Shown here: in pieces, positions 9,748-18,723 of the stretch | Layout: every line of letters starts with the position of its first letter | Position numbering within the stretch: position 1 is the stretch's first letter | Translations under genes and position numbers: made by a program | Assembly (NCBI GenBank): GCA_963790025.1 | Contig: CAWBMP010000004.1 | Coordinates: 1,312,001-1,376,000, forward strand | Direction of reading: 5' to 3' | From: Nitrospirota bacterium | GTDB taxonomy: Bacteria; Nitrospirota; Thermodesulfovibrionia; Thermodesulfovibrionales; Dissulfurispiraceae | DNA: 64,000 nucleotides | The notes under the pieces: generated by a model | What the model was told of the DNA's origin: nothing | The model's input: only the letters and a program-made list of their open reading frames with translations | The model's database searches: none

Positions 9748-10007
9748 GATTGTTGCGTCCTGTAAAGATAACAAGAAAAGAGGCACCGGACACCTGGCAC
9801 TGGCTCCTCCCTAACAGAAATTTTTGATTGTATTATTATTGTTCAGATTACAATCCTTTGTTTATAGGGCATAATAATGTGGAACGTGCTCGGGTTGAGA
9901 GATAAGTATTGTGACCCCATAATTACTATGAAGAAAGTTAGGAAAGAGAATATGGGACTCTCAAGTGCGACGGAACGGGCCACAGCTACAATGACAGCAC
10001 GGTTTGT

Positions 10008-10277
10008 CTTCATTCTCACTTTCGTATTAGCCCCGTATGTCTCAGGAAAGACTTCTACGAAGCACACAAGGATCCAGTACACAAAAGTATGGAGAACATG
10101 CGCAGGGAACCCCGGGGTAGGCAGATCCTTATGCTTTTCCATGTTAACAGGCTCGTGCCATTCAAACCCTCATATATTGACAGTGTTCAAGTATTGCTGA
10201 GGGAGCACCAGAATCTCAAGATCAAGATTGCAAAGAAGAAATTAGAGAAATGCAATGAGGAAATGGAATTCCGGTGA
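10008..10277 (+). pseudogene. Probable C-terminal fragment of a PhnD-like substrate-binding protein
   Basis: The frame reads 'SPVCLRKDFYEAHKDPVHKSMENMRREPRGRQILMLFHVNRLVPFKPSYIDSVQVLL', resembling PhnD-like C-termini. There is an in-frame stop upstream at 9939. Confidence 0.45.
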
Positions 10278-10408
10278 CACAATACTTAATTCGACTTTTA
10301 CAACGGAGTCATCAAATTATTAATTATATATGTGGATTTAATCAATTTGTCTAATATAATGCAGTTTGCTATTATGGTATAAAAAATAGCCCGAGAGGAG
10401 GCAATCTT

Positions 10409-10828
10409 ATGAAAGACACGTTACAGCCTGGACTAACATACGAGTTTAGATTCACGGTCCCGGAGAACAAGACTGTACCTTTTCTTTATCCTGAATCACC
10501 GGAGTTTCAGGTGATGCCGAAAGTGCTGGCAACGGGATTCATGGTGGGACTCTTTGAATGGGCTTGCATCAAAGCTATAAATCCCTATTTGGATTGGCCG
10601 AAAGAGCAGACGGTTGGGACAGGCATCTGTTTGAGCCACATTGCCGCTACTCCACCCGGTCTTACTGTAACAGTGAAGGTGCACCTGGATAACCTGGAGG
10701 GACGAAAACTCACGTTTTCTGTAACAGGGCATGATGGAGTGGATAAAATTTCAGAAGGCACCCATGAGAGATTCGTGATTGATGCTGCCAAATTTGACAA
10801 AAAGGTGGGGGAAAAGGCAAGAATTTGA
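10409..10828 (+). CDS. FlK-like hot-dog thioesterase
   Basis: 'VLATGFMVGLFEWAC', 'TVGT...SHIAATPPG' and 'EGTHER', with a GAGGAGG RBS. Confidence 0.9.
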   Translation: MKDTLQPGLTYEFRFTVPENKTVPFLYPESPEFQVMPKVLATGFMVGLFEWACIKAINPYLDWPKEQTVGTGICLSHIAATPPGLTVTVKVHLDNLEGRKLTFSVTGHDGVDKISEGTHERFVIDAAKFDKKVGEKARI

Positions 10829-10986
10829 GAGGTCAACATGATGATTATCAAAAGTACTCATAACAGTGAGCGTGATAATCCATGGTGTTGTCTTCTGTCA
10901 ACTATTGGTTCTTTTCATCTGCGCTCTGCAGATGATATTTCCTTCAGACAAGAGATATAAAGAAGGCACATACAGAGAGGAATATA

Positions 10987-11451
10987 TTAAACTATTATTT
11001 CAGGTATGATCATCCACTGCAGCGACCACGCCAGATTTTCATACCGTTTAAGGCATACCACCCCTGCCATCCTGAAAAAAATCACATTTTTATCGGCATC
11101 TCCGCAAAGCAATAAGGAGGCAAGTTTTCCGAGATGAGGAAGATGTCCCACAAGCATCAAATTATCGGTCATCGTTTTTAAACGCTCTGCCCATATAGCA
11201 GGATCATCATCAGGTTTCAACCCGTCAGTTTCCGTGGGGCCTGTCAGCGGCCTCAAGTAGTCAGCCAGTATCTGCGCTGTTTGTTTTGCTCTTAACCTGG
11301 GACTATGATATATTTCAGTGACACTGATGTTCAGCCCCGATGCATAAGATGCCATCTTTGTAATATCGGCCACTCCCTTCTCGCAAAGAGGTCTTGCCGC
11401 ATCCACTTCTTCGTTTATAGCTTTAGCATGCTGTATCAGGCAAACAAACAT
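10987..11451 (-). CDS. sixA: Phosphohistidine phosphatase SixA
   Basis: 'LIQHAKA', 'RPL', 'HSPRLRAKQTA' and 'LVGHLP'. An AAGGAG RBS precedes the ATG at 11451. Confidence 0.85.
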   Translation of the reverse strand: MFVCLIQHAKAINEEVDAARPLCEKGVADITKMASYASGLNISVTEIYHSPRLRAKQTAQILADYLRPLTGPTETDGLKPDDDPAIWAERLKTMTDNLMLVGHLPHLGKLASLLLCGDADKNVIFFRMAGVVCLKRYENLAWSLQWMIIPEIIV

Positions 11452-11468
11452 AAGAACTCCTTTCATGC

Positions 11469-12614
11469 TCAAGAATCTTGGCCATCTCCTGCCTTCCTTC
11501 TGTCTTCAGCTCTTCTGTCTTCACCTTTTCGCCGATCGCAGCATAAAGCCGATCCCTTCGAAAGTATCTGCAACATATCGTCCGGCATAGGAGAATAGTT
11601 GATCGCATCTTCAGAGGATATCATGCCTTTTGTGTAAAGATCGTACAAAGACAGGTTCATCGTCTGCATGCCGGACCGTCCCTGCCCTGCCTGCATTAAC
11701 GGATAAATCTGTTGAAGCTTACCTTCGCGTATCAGACTCCTCACGGCGGGCGTTATCAGGAGAATTTCGAGTGCCAGCACCCTGCCGTTGCTATTGATGC
11801 TCGGGATTAGCCGCTGCGATATAATACATTCGAGCACGGAAGACAACTGAAGCCGGACCTGCTCCTGCTGGTGGGGCGGAAATGCGTCCACTATGCGGTT
11901 GATCGTCTGAATGGCCGAACTGGTATGGAGTGTTGTCAGAATGAGTTGTCCGGTCCCTGCAAGGCTTATAGCAGCCTCCATGGTGCCGGCGTCGTACATC
12001 TCGCCGATGAAGACAATATCGGGGTCCTGATGCATTATATTTTTTAAAGCATATTTAAACGACGTGGTATCTGAATTGACCTCTCTTTGATTGACAAGGC
12101 ATTTCTTATGGTTGTGCAGAAATTCTATCGGGTCCTCGACAGTGACGATATGCGCTTCGCGCTCGGAGTTGATCCTGTCAATTATTGATGCCATAGTAGT
12201 TGATTTTCCGCTTCCGGCAGGACCGGTCACGAGAATGAGTCCATGCGGTTTCTTCAACAGGTCCGCAAGCATCTCCGGCAGGCCCAACTCTTTGAATGAT
12301 TTGATTTCGAAAGGTATCGCCCTGAACGCGCCCGCAACAGCGCCTCTTTGCATAAAAATATTGGCCCTGAATCGGCTCAGCCCCTTTATGCCGAAAGAAA
12401 TATCAAGCTCACTGTTTTGTTCCAGCTTGTTCTTTTGCAGGTCTGTCAGAATGCTGCAACAAAGCGGCCGAGTATCATCCGGCGTCAGCGTCGGGGAGTC
12501 CTCAAAGGGTACGAGCCGGTCAACAATTCTCAGCATCGGAGGGCTGCCGGTAGTTATATGGAGATCGGAGGCCCCCTGTTCTATCATCCGTTTCAGAAAA
12601 TCATAAATATCCAT
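11469..12614 (-). CDS. pilT: PilT-family type IV pilus retraction ATPase paralogue with degenerate motifs
   Basis: 'GASDLHI', Walker A GPAGSGKST, Asp box TVEDPIEF, 'AVRSLIREGK' and 'GMQTM'. Confidence 0.88.
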   Translation of the reverse strand: MDIYDFLKRMIEQGASDLHITTGSPPMLRIVDRLVPFEDSPTLTPDDTRPLCCSILTDLQKNKLEQNSELDISFGIKGLSRFRANIFMQRGAVAGAFRAIPFEIKSFKELGLPEMLADLLKKPHGLILVTGPAGSGKSTTMASIIDRINSEREAHIVTVEDPIEFLHNHKKCLVNQREVNSDTTSFKYALKNIMHQDPDIVFIGEMYDAGTMEAAISLAGTGQLILTTLHTSSAIQTINRIVDAFPPHQQEQVRLQLSSVLECIISQRLIPSINSNGRVLALEILLITPAVRSLIREGKLQQIYPLMQAGQGRSGMQTMNLSLYDLYTKGMISSEDAINYSPMPDDMLQILSKGSALCCDRRKGEDRRAEDRRKAGDGQDS

Positions 12615-12634
12615 AATTAGCTCACAGTAGACCG

Positions 12635-14383
12635 TCAGTCTTCAAATGTGACCCTCAGTATCTCGTCGATCGAAGTGGTCCCGTCCAGCACTTTTTGGAT
12701 GGCGCTCCGGCGCAGTGTCGACATCCCCAACCGTACCGCCTCTTTTTTGATCTCGACTGTGGATGCGCCCTGCAGGATCAGTTCTCTCACATCTTCCTTA
12801 ATAGGCATAACCTCGTATAGCGCTATCCTGCCTTTGTATCCCGTGTTATTGCACTCAGAACACCCCAATCCTATATAACATTGGGCATTAGATATTTCCT
12901 CAGGCGTCATCCCGACTTTTAGAAGGGCTGTTTCCGAGATCGTTTGCTCTTCTTTACAGTTCAGGCATATCTTTCGTGCGAGCCTTTGCGCAAGCACAAT
13001 TATGACCGATGAGGATACCAAAAGAGGCTCAATTCCCATATTAATCAGCCTGGTAACTGTGCTCGGCGCGTCATTGGTATGTATCGTGCTCAAAACCAAA
13101 TGGCCGGTGAGAGCGGCTTTTATTGCAATCTCAGCGGTTTCAAAGTCCCTGATTTCCCCCACCATTATAATATCAGGGTCCTGGCGCAGAAAAGACCTGA
13201 GAGCAGCGGCAAAAGTAAGGCCTATATCCTCCCGTATGTGCACCTGGTTGATACCGAAAAAATTGTATTCCACCGGGTCCTCGGCCGTCATTATATTCAC
13301 TCCGGGCTTGTTGAGCTGTGATAGCGCGGAATACAGTGTAGTTGTCTTGCCGCTTCCGGTCGGTCCGGTGACCAATATCATGCCGTAGGGTTTTTCGATT
13401 GCATCCATAAAATGCTGAAGCGGTTTTTCTTCAAATCCTAATTTTGTAAGGTCCAATTGCAGACTTGACTTATCGAGGAGCCTCAAAACCACCTTTTCAC
13501 CCCAGAGTGTAGGAAGAGTGGAGACCCTGAAGTCTATTTCCCTGTCTTCACCGAATTTGAGTTTTATCCTGCCATCCTGCGGAAGTCGGCGTTCTGAAAT
13601 ATCGAGATGTGACATGATTTTCAGTCGCGATGTCAGGGCATTTTTAATCTTGACCGGAAGCTTCAGGACCGGCTGCAATACTCCATCCGTCCTATATCGT
13701 ACGCGGACGAGAGTTTCGGAGGGTTCTATATGGATGTCACTCGTACCCGCTTTTATGGCATTCATCAAGATGCCGTTCGCCAGCTTTACGATGGGGGCAT
13801 CAACTTCCCTGGGAAAGTCCTTGTCATCTTTTTCCTCAACTACTGTTAAATCCTCAAGAGCGCTGCCTATGACCTTGTTCAGGTCCTCGATTTCCAGCAG
13901 GTCCTTTTGACCGGCACTGGAATTTTTTGCGGATGCCTTAACGGTATCTTTCTTGGGATAATATTTTTCTATGGCATCCATAATCATCGACTCTGCCGCC
14001 ACATGCACCGAAATTTTCATGCCTGTAAGGAATCTCACTTCATCTGTGGCGAAGTTATTTGAAGGGTCCACAACAGCAACCCTTAAGGCTGCACCGTCTT
14101 TAGAAATGGGGATGAGCTGGTATTTCCTGGCAGTTTCATAAGGAATGAGCTTGAGCAGGGAAGTGTCGATTTTGTAGTCCGAGAGGTTGATTGCGGGAGC
14201 ATTGTATTGCCTGCTCAGAAAAGTTATCAGGCTCTCCTCATTAATAATCCCGAGCTTGAGCAGGATTGAGCCAAGTCTTTTGCCTTCTATTTTCTGAAGA
14301 CGAACAGCCTCGTTAAGCTGTTCTTCTGTGATAAGTTTCGCTTTGAGCAGCAACTGTCCTAATAGAGATGTACCTACCGTCAC
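12635..14383 (-). CDS. pilB: Type IV pilus assembly ATPase PilB with N-terminal MshEN-like domain
   Basis: 'SDIHIEP', 'ERRLPQDGR', GPTGSGKT, 'LRQDPDIIMVGEIRD', a tetra-Cys zinc motif and N-terminal (R)LG..LL repeats. Confidence 0.95.
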   Translation of the reverse strand: MTVGTSLLGQLLLKAKLITEEQLNEAVRLQKIEGKRLGSILLKLGIINEESLITFLSRQYNAPAINLSDYKIDTSLLKLIPYETARKYQLIPISKDGAALRVAVVDPSNNFATDEVRFLTGMKISVHVAAESMIMDAIEKYYPKKDTVKASAKNSSAGQKDLLEIEDLNKVIGSALEDLTVVEEKDDKDFPREVDAPIVKLANGILMNAIKAGTSDIHIEPSETLVRVRYRTDGVLQPVLKLPVKIKNALTSRLKIMSHLDISERRLPQDGRIKLKFGEDREIDFRVSTLPTLWGEKVVLRLLDKSSLQLDLTKLGFEEKPLQHFMDAIEKPYGMILVTGPTGSGKTTTLYSALSQLNKPGVNIMTAEDPVEYNFFGINQVHIREDIGLTFAAALRSFLRQDPDIIMVGEIRDFETAEIAIKAALTGHLVLSTIHTNDAPSTVTRLINMGIEPLLVSSSVIIVLAQRLARKICLNCKEEQTISETALLKVGMTPEEISNAQCYIGLGCSECNNTGYKGRIALYEVMPIKEDVRELILQGASTVEIKKEAVRLGMSTLRRSAIQKVLDGTTSIDEILRVTFED

Positions 14384-14449
14384 TATTTAGGATAATTGAA
14401 AAAAAATATTAAAGTCAATTAAGATATCGGCGGCGAGGGACCAATCACT

Positions 14450-17400
14450 ATGGATGAAAAAATGGAAGGGTTAACTGAAAATACTATTTTGACTGAATTA
14501 TACCGCATCGGCGTTGCCCTTCTGTCTGCCGGCAGGCTGGAGGACGTCCTTGATACCCTTCTCGCTGAGGCGCTAAATACTATGAAGGCCCCTGCGGGAA
14601 GTGTCGCGCTTTATGACAAAGAAAGCGATTCGCTTACGATCAAGGCCCTCAGAGGGTTTTCGAAGGATTTCTCCCTCGTGCCCCACTGGAAAAGAAAGAG
14701 CGGCGGGATGACCGATGCAGTACTTAACAAAAAGACACCGCTGGTAGTTTCGAATATGGAGAAGTTCCCATTTATTGTCAACGACCTCCTTGTCAGGGAG
14801 GGGGTAAAGAGCGTCATCGCAACCCCGCTTTATGCCGATGACAGAGTGATCGGCATTTTATACATTGACGACTTTTCAAATCGGCCATGGCAGCGGAGAG
14901 AAGTGAAGTTTCTGACCCTCCTGGGCATACAGGCAGCTTACGCAATCGAAAAATTCAGACTTATCGGGGCCATCTCCGAAGCGAAGGCCTATCTCAAAAA
15001 TGTCCTTGATGATTCCGCTGATATCATAATTACTACCAATACCAAAAATGAAATTGTAGAATTCAACAGCAGCGCGGCGCGGAAACTCGGGTATACAAAG
15101 CAAGAGGCAGCTGGAATGGAGGTCGCTGAATTGTGGCTGAATCCCAGGGAGCGGCAGGAAGTAATGAAAATTCTTCGACAGAATGGATATGTTACAAATT
15201 ATGAGACGAAGCTTAAAACAAAGCAGGGGGGCATAATCGATGTAAGCCTGACGCTGTCTCTGCTCAAAAGCGGTGATGGAGAAGTGCTGGGCACGGTAGG
15301 AATCAGCAAGGACATCACCGAAAAAAAACGACTCGAAAAGGCCGTAGAAGAGCGAACCCTTGAACTGCTGGCGATGAATGAAAAACTGGAAGACAAAGTC
15401 TATGAAAGGACAAGGGATATCGAACTGGCGAACCAAAAGCTTGAAAGGTCCAATAAGCTGAAAAGCCGGTTTATCGCTACAATCAGTCATGAATTGAGGA
15501 CACCTCTTAATTCGATACTGGGTTTTTCCGAACTGCTGCTCGATGAGGTATCAGGCCCCCTTACTGAGCGGCAGAAACGGCAAGTAAATAATATTTACAG
15601 TTCAGGCACCCATCTGCTGCAACTGATAAATAATGTGCTGGACATAGCCAAAATAGAGTCAGGCAAAGTCGAACTTCATAATGAAAGTTTTTTGGTAAAG
15701 GATGCCGTTATAGAAGTCGAAGGGGTAATACGGTCCCTCGCCGATAAAAAGAATCAGGTTGTGAAGATAAAATCAGACGGCATTCCATTCATTGTGGCGG
15801 ACCGGATAAAATTCAAGCAGATACTTTACAATCTCCTTTCAAATGCAGTGAAATTTACCCCGGACGGAGGAACTATAACGATAGAAGCCGGGATCATAAC
15901 CGCTGCCGGTCTGCCGCTACAGGCAAGAAACCTTGCCGCCTCTCCGGAAAAGAACAGTTTTTTACGGCTTTCGGTGGCGGACACGGGTATCGGAATAAAA
16001 AATGAAGACCTGGACCGGGTTTTCGCTGACTTTGAACAGGGGGACAACAGCCTGTCGCGGAGATACGAGGGCACAGGCCTTGGCCTCGCCCTTACAAAGA
16101 GGCTTGTTGAATTGCATGACGGAGAAATTTTTGTCGAGAGCACGGAGGGAGAGGGATGCAAATTCACTCTGATTATCCCGATTGTTGACACAACAGAAGT
16201 CGAAGAAACCGTTCCTCTTCAGGCCGGGACCGAAACCGAGACGTTCATCCGTGATGAACTTGACCCGTCAAAGCGCAGAGGCGACCCGCCGTTTATTCTC
16301 GTTGTAGAAGATGATCTGTCGACCTCTGAAATATTGACGCTTTATCTTGCTCAGGGTGGATACCGCATCGCCCATGCATATAATGGGGATGAGACCCTCC
16401 GGCGTATGAGAGAAGTCAAGCCGTTTACTGTGCTGCTGGATGTTATGCTTCCGGGGAAAGACGGGTGGGAAGTATTGCAAGAGATAAAATCCGATCCTGA
16501 ATTGAAAGAAGTACCGGTCATCATATGCTCCGCCAGAGACAATAAAGAGCTCGGTTTCGCACTCGGTGCGTCCGACTATCTTGTAAAGCCTGTTGACAAG
16601 AAATCACTGCTCATGAAACTCGATGAATTGAGTTCTTGCGTAAATAAACGCAAGGGACAGATGACTGTATTATTGTGCATTGATGAGCATGACGACACCG
16701 TCAATCTTCTGGAATCCTTTCTTGAGCCTGCTCAATATACTGTTATTACAGCTTGTTCCGGACAGCAGGGAATCGAAATGGCGGTAAAACACGTTCCTGA
16801 TTTTATTGTCCTTGATCTCATGGTGTCCCAAACTGACGGGTTCGAAGTAATGCAGGCGCTTAAAAGCAACGTCGCGACTGCAGACATACCGATCCTCGCC
16901 GTCACCTCAAAAGACCTTACCGTTCATGAGAGGCTGGCGCTCATGGGGAAAGTAGAGAAATATATTCGGAATAACAATTTCACCAAAGAAGACCTGCTGA
17001 TGCATATAAGAGATCTTGAGGTAACGTATCCTGCACGGGCGGGCCTTGTTGACGAAGTCAGCGGATTGTTTGACAACTGCTATTATCATCTGCGCCTTCA
17101 GCAGGAAATAGGCAGAACAAGCAGGTTTAATGGCACTTTTAGTGCCCTTGTGCTCGACCTCGACAATTTTACCGAGTACATAAGAGCTCATGGAATACGC
17201 CGGGCAAATATTTGTATTCGGAAGATAGCAGAGTTTCTGAGGAAAAGTCTGCGCGGTTCGGATGTTATCGCCAGGTACGGTATCGATGAATTTGCATCAA
17301 TGCTTGCCAACACCCCTAAAAGCGGGGCAGAAATCGTTGCAAAGCGGTTGTTGACCTACATTGAGAGCTACCCTTTTTATGGCGAAGAAGTAATGCCACA

Positions 17401-17536
17401 GCGAAAGGTCACAGCCAGCATTGCGATAATAGACTATCCTAACGATGCATCTTCACCTGATACAATTATATTGAAAGCGCGCCAACTGCTTCGCAGGGCA
17501 AAGGCGAATGGTGGCGGGCGGATAGAATCTTATTGA
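14450..17536 (+). CDS. Hybrid sensor kinase: GAF-PAS-HisKA-HATPase-REC-REC-degenerate GGDEF
   Basis: H-box 'SHELRTPL', N-box 'NLLSNAVKFT', G-boxes 'DTGIGI' and 'GTGLGL', two receiver domains and C-terminal 'RGSDVIARYGIDEF'. Confidence 0.92.
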   Translation: MDEKMEGLTENTILTELYRIGVALLSAGRLEDVLDTLLAEALNTMKAPAGSVALYDKESDSLTIKALRGFSKDFSLVPHWKRKSGGMTDAVLNKKTPLVVSNMEKFPFIVNDLLVREGVKSVIATPLYADDRVIGILYIDDFSNRPWQRREVKFLTLLGIQAAYAIEKFRLIGAISEAKAYLKNVLDDSADIIITTNTKNEIVEFNSSAARKLGYTKQEAAGMEVAELWLNPRERQEVMKILRQNGYVTNYETKLKTKQGGIIDVSLTLSLLKSGDGEVLGTVGISKDITEKKRLEKAVEERTLELLAMNEKLEDKVYERTRDIELANQKLERSNKLKSRFIATISHELRTPLNSILGFSELLLDEVSGPLTERQKRQVNNIYSSGTHLLQLINNVLDIAKIESGKVELHNESFLVKDAVIEVEGVIRSLADKKNQVVKIKSDGIPFIVADRIKFKQILYNLLSNAVKFTPDGGTITIEAGIITAAGLPLQARNLAASPEKNSFLRLSVADTGIGIKNEDLDRVFADFEQGDNSLSRRYEGTGLGLALTKRLVELHDGEIFVESTEGEGCKFTLIIPIVDTTEVEETVPLQAGTETETFIRDELDPSKRRGDPPFILVVEDDLSTSEILTLYLAQGGYRIAHAYNGDETLRRMREVKPFTVLLDVMLPGKDGWEVLQEIKSDPELKEVPVIICSARDNKELGFALGASDYLVKPVDKKSLLMKLDELSSCVNKRKGQMTVLLCIDEHDDTVNLLESFLEPAQYTVITACSGQQGIEMAVKHVPDFIVLDLMVSQTDGFEVMQALKSNVATADIPILAVTSKDLTVHERLALMGKVEKYIRNNNFTKEDLLMHIRDLEVTYPARAGLVDEVSGLFDNCYYHLRLQQEIGRTSRFNGTFSALVLDLDNFTEYIRAHGIRRANICIRKIAEFLRKSLRGSDVIARYGIDEFASMLANTPKSGAEIVAKRLLTYIESYPFYGEEVMPQRKVTASIAIIDYPNDASSPDTIILKARQLLRRAKANGGGRIESY

Positions 17537-17561
17537 ATAACGATGTGAAGTAGAAATATTT

Positions 17562-18626
17562 TTAAAGGTCCTTATTAAGTCTTTTCAGCAGTCTCTCCGT
17601 ATCGAACTGGGTATCAATGAGTTCTTTTATGCGAAGCACTTTTTCTTTCTGACAGATAGTTGTCTTCCCGATAAAAGCCTCTATTCTGTCTACTGCAGTA
17701 AAAGTATCCAGCGGGACCGACACTATCGGGATCCCAAGAAACTGTGCTTTCCCAAGTACGACGTCATTCGTATAGAGCCCTCCCGTGATGATAATGCATT
17801 TAGTCGATGTTTCCATGGCTACAAGCTGTATATCGGAACGGTTGGCACCGGTTATGACCGCCTTGTTAGGTATTCGGCTGAAATAATTGAGGGCGCTGTG
17901 CACATCCATTGCACCGATGGAAAAGTGTTCAACGAGTTCGTCGAGTTTGTCCTCGCAGCATAGCACCTTCCCGTTAAGTATCTCTACAAGCTGCCGTACA
18001 GAAATAGATTCAAGCAGGCTGTCCTTTTGAAAGATGCCGAAAATCGTCACGCCGATCTTTTCCAAAAAGGGGGTTGCTTTCTCCTTGACGTAGCTGAGCG
18101 AGTTTGCCGGCACTTTGTTGAAAATGCCTCCGATAAACTGTTCTCCAATAAGTTTGCCGGCGCCATAGAGGGAATCGATTGACTTGTATCCCCTCCATGC
18201 TTCCACCATAATCACCTTGGCGCCTGTCAGCTCAATCAGACTGGCCGCGTCAATGCCGAGTGTTGATCCTTCAAATAAATCACCCCCCCCGCCTATAATA
18301 AGAATATCTTTGTCCTTTTGCGCGTTGAAGGCATCCAGTATTTGCTCTTTTATATCTATAACATTCCCTTCAAGTATCAAATTTTGCATTTCATAGCTGA
18401 GCACAAAGGGCGAAATTACCTTAAGAGGGTCGGGGAGCGCAAGAGATTCCTGCATAAAAACGGCATCGGCAGCAAACAGATCGTGCCCTTTCTTAACCGG
18501 CGTCTTACCGACAGGCTTTAAATAACCTACCTTATACCCAAGCTCTATCAGCTTCCGGGCGAGCCCCAAAGCAAAAAACGTCTTGCCGGTGAAGCTTCTG
18601 TTTGATGCGATAAAAATAGGAACCAT
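17562..18626 (-). CDS. Phosphotransacetylase N-terminal-like protein (BioD-like P-loop + DRTGG domain)
   Basis: 'FTGKT...GL', 'GYLKPVG', 'IGAM', 'ITGANRSDIQ' and 'IITGG'. Confidence 0.85.
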   Translation of the reverse strand: MVPIFIASNRSFTGKTFFALGLARKLIELGYKVGYLKPVGKTPVKKGHDLFAADAVFMQESLALPDPLKVISPFVLSYEMQNLILEGNVIDIKEQILDAFNAQKDKDILIIGGGGDLFEGSTLGIDAASLIELTGAKVIMVEAWRGYKSIDSLYGAGKLIGEQFIGGIFNKVPANSLSYVKEKATPFLEKIGVTIFGIFQKDSLLESISVRQLVEILNGKVLCCEDKLDELVEHFSIGAMDVHSALNYFSRIPNKAVITGANRSDIQLVAMETSTKCIIITGGLYTNDVVLGKAQFLGIPIVSVPLDTFTAVDRIEAFIGKTTICQKEKVLRIKELIDTQFDTERLLKRLNKDL

Positions 18627-18649
18627 GATAGTCCTCCTTTTTAAAAACC

Positions 18650-18719
18650 AAGGTAAAGGTCAAGGTATGGGTAGAGTTTTTCATTTCTTTCGCTCTACCT
18701 TTGCCTCCACCTCTACCTC
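18650..18719. repeat. Degenerate hexamer repeat (AGGTAA-like) followed by its complement, forming a hairpin
   Basis: aggtaa aggtca aggtat gggtag ... ctacct ttgcct ccacct ctacct. A relative lies at 32570-32630. Confidence 0.7.
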
Positions 18720-18723
18720 GCCG

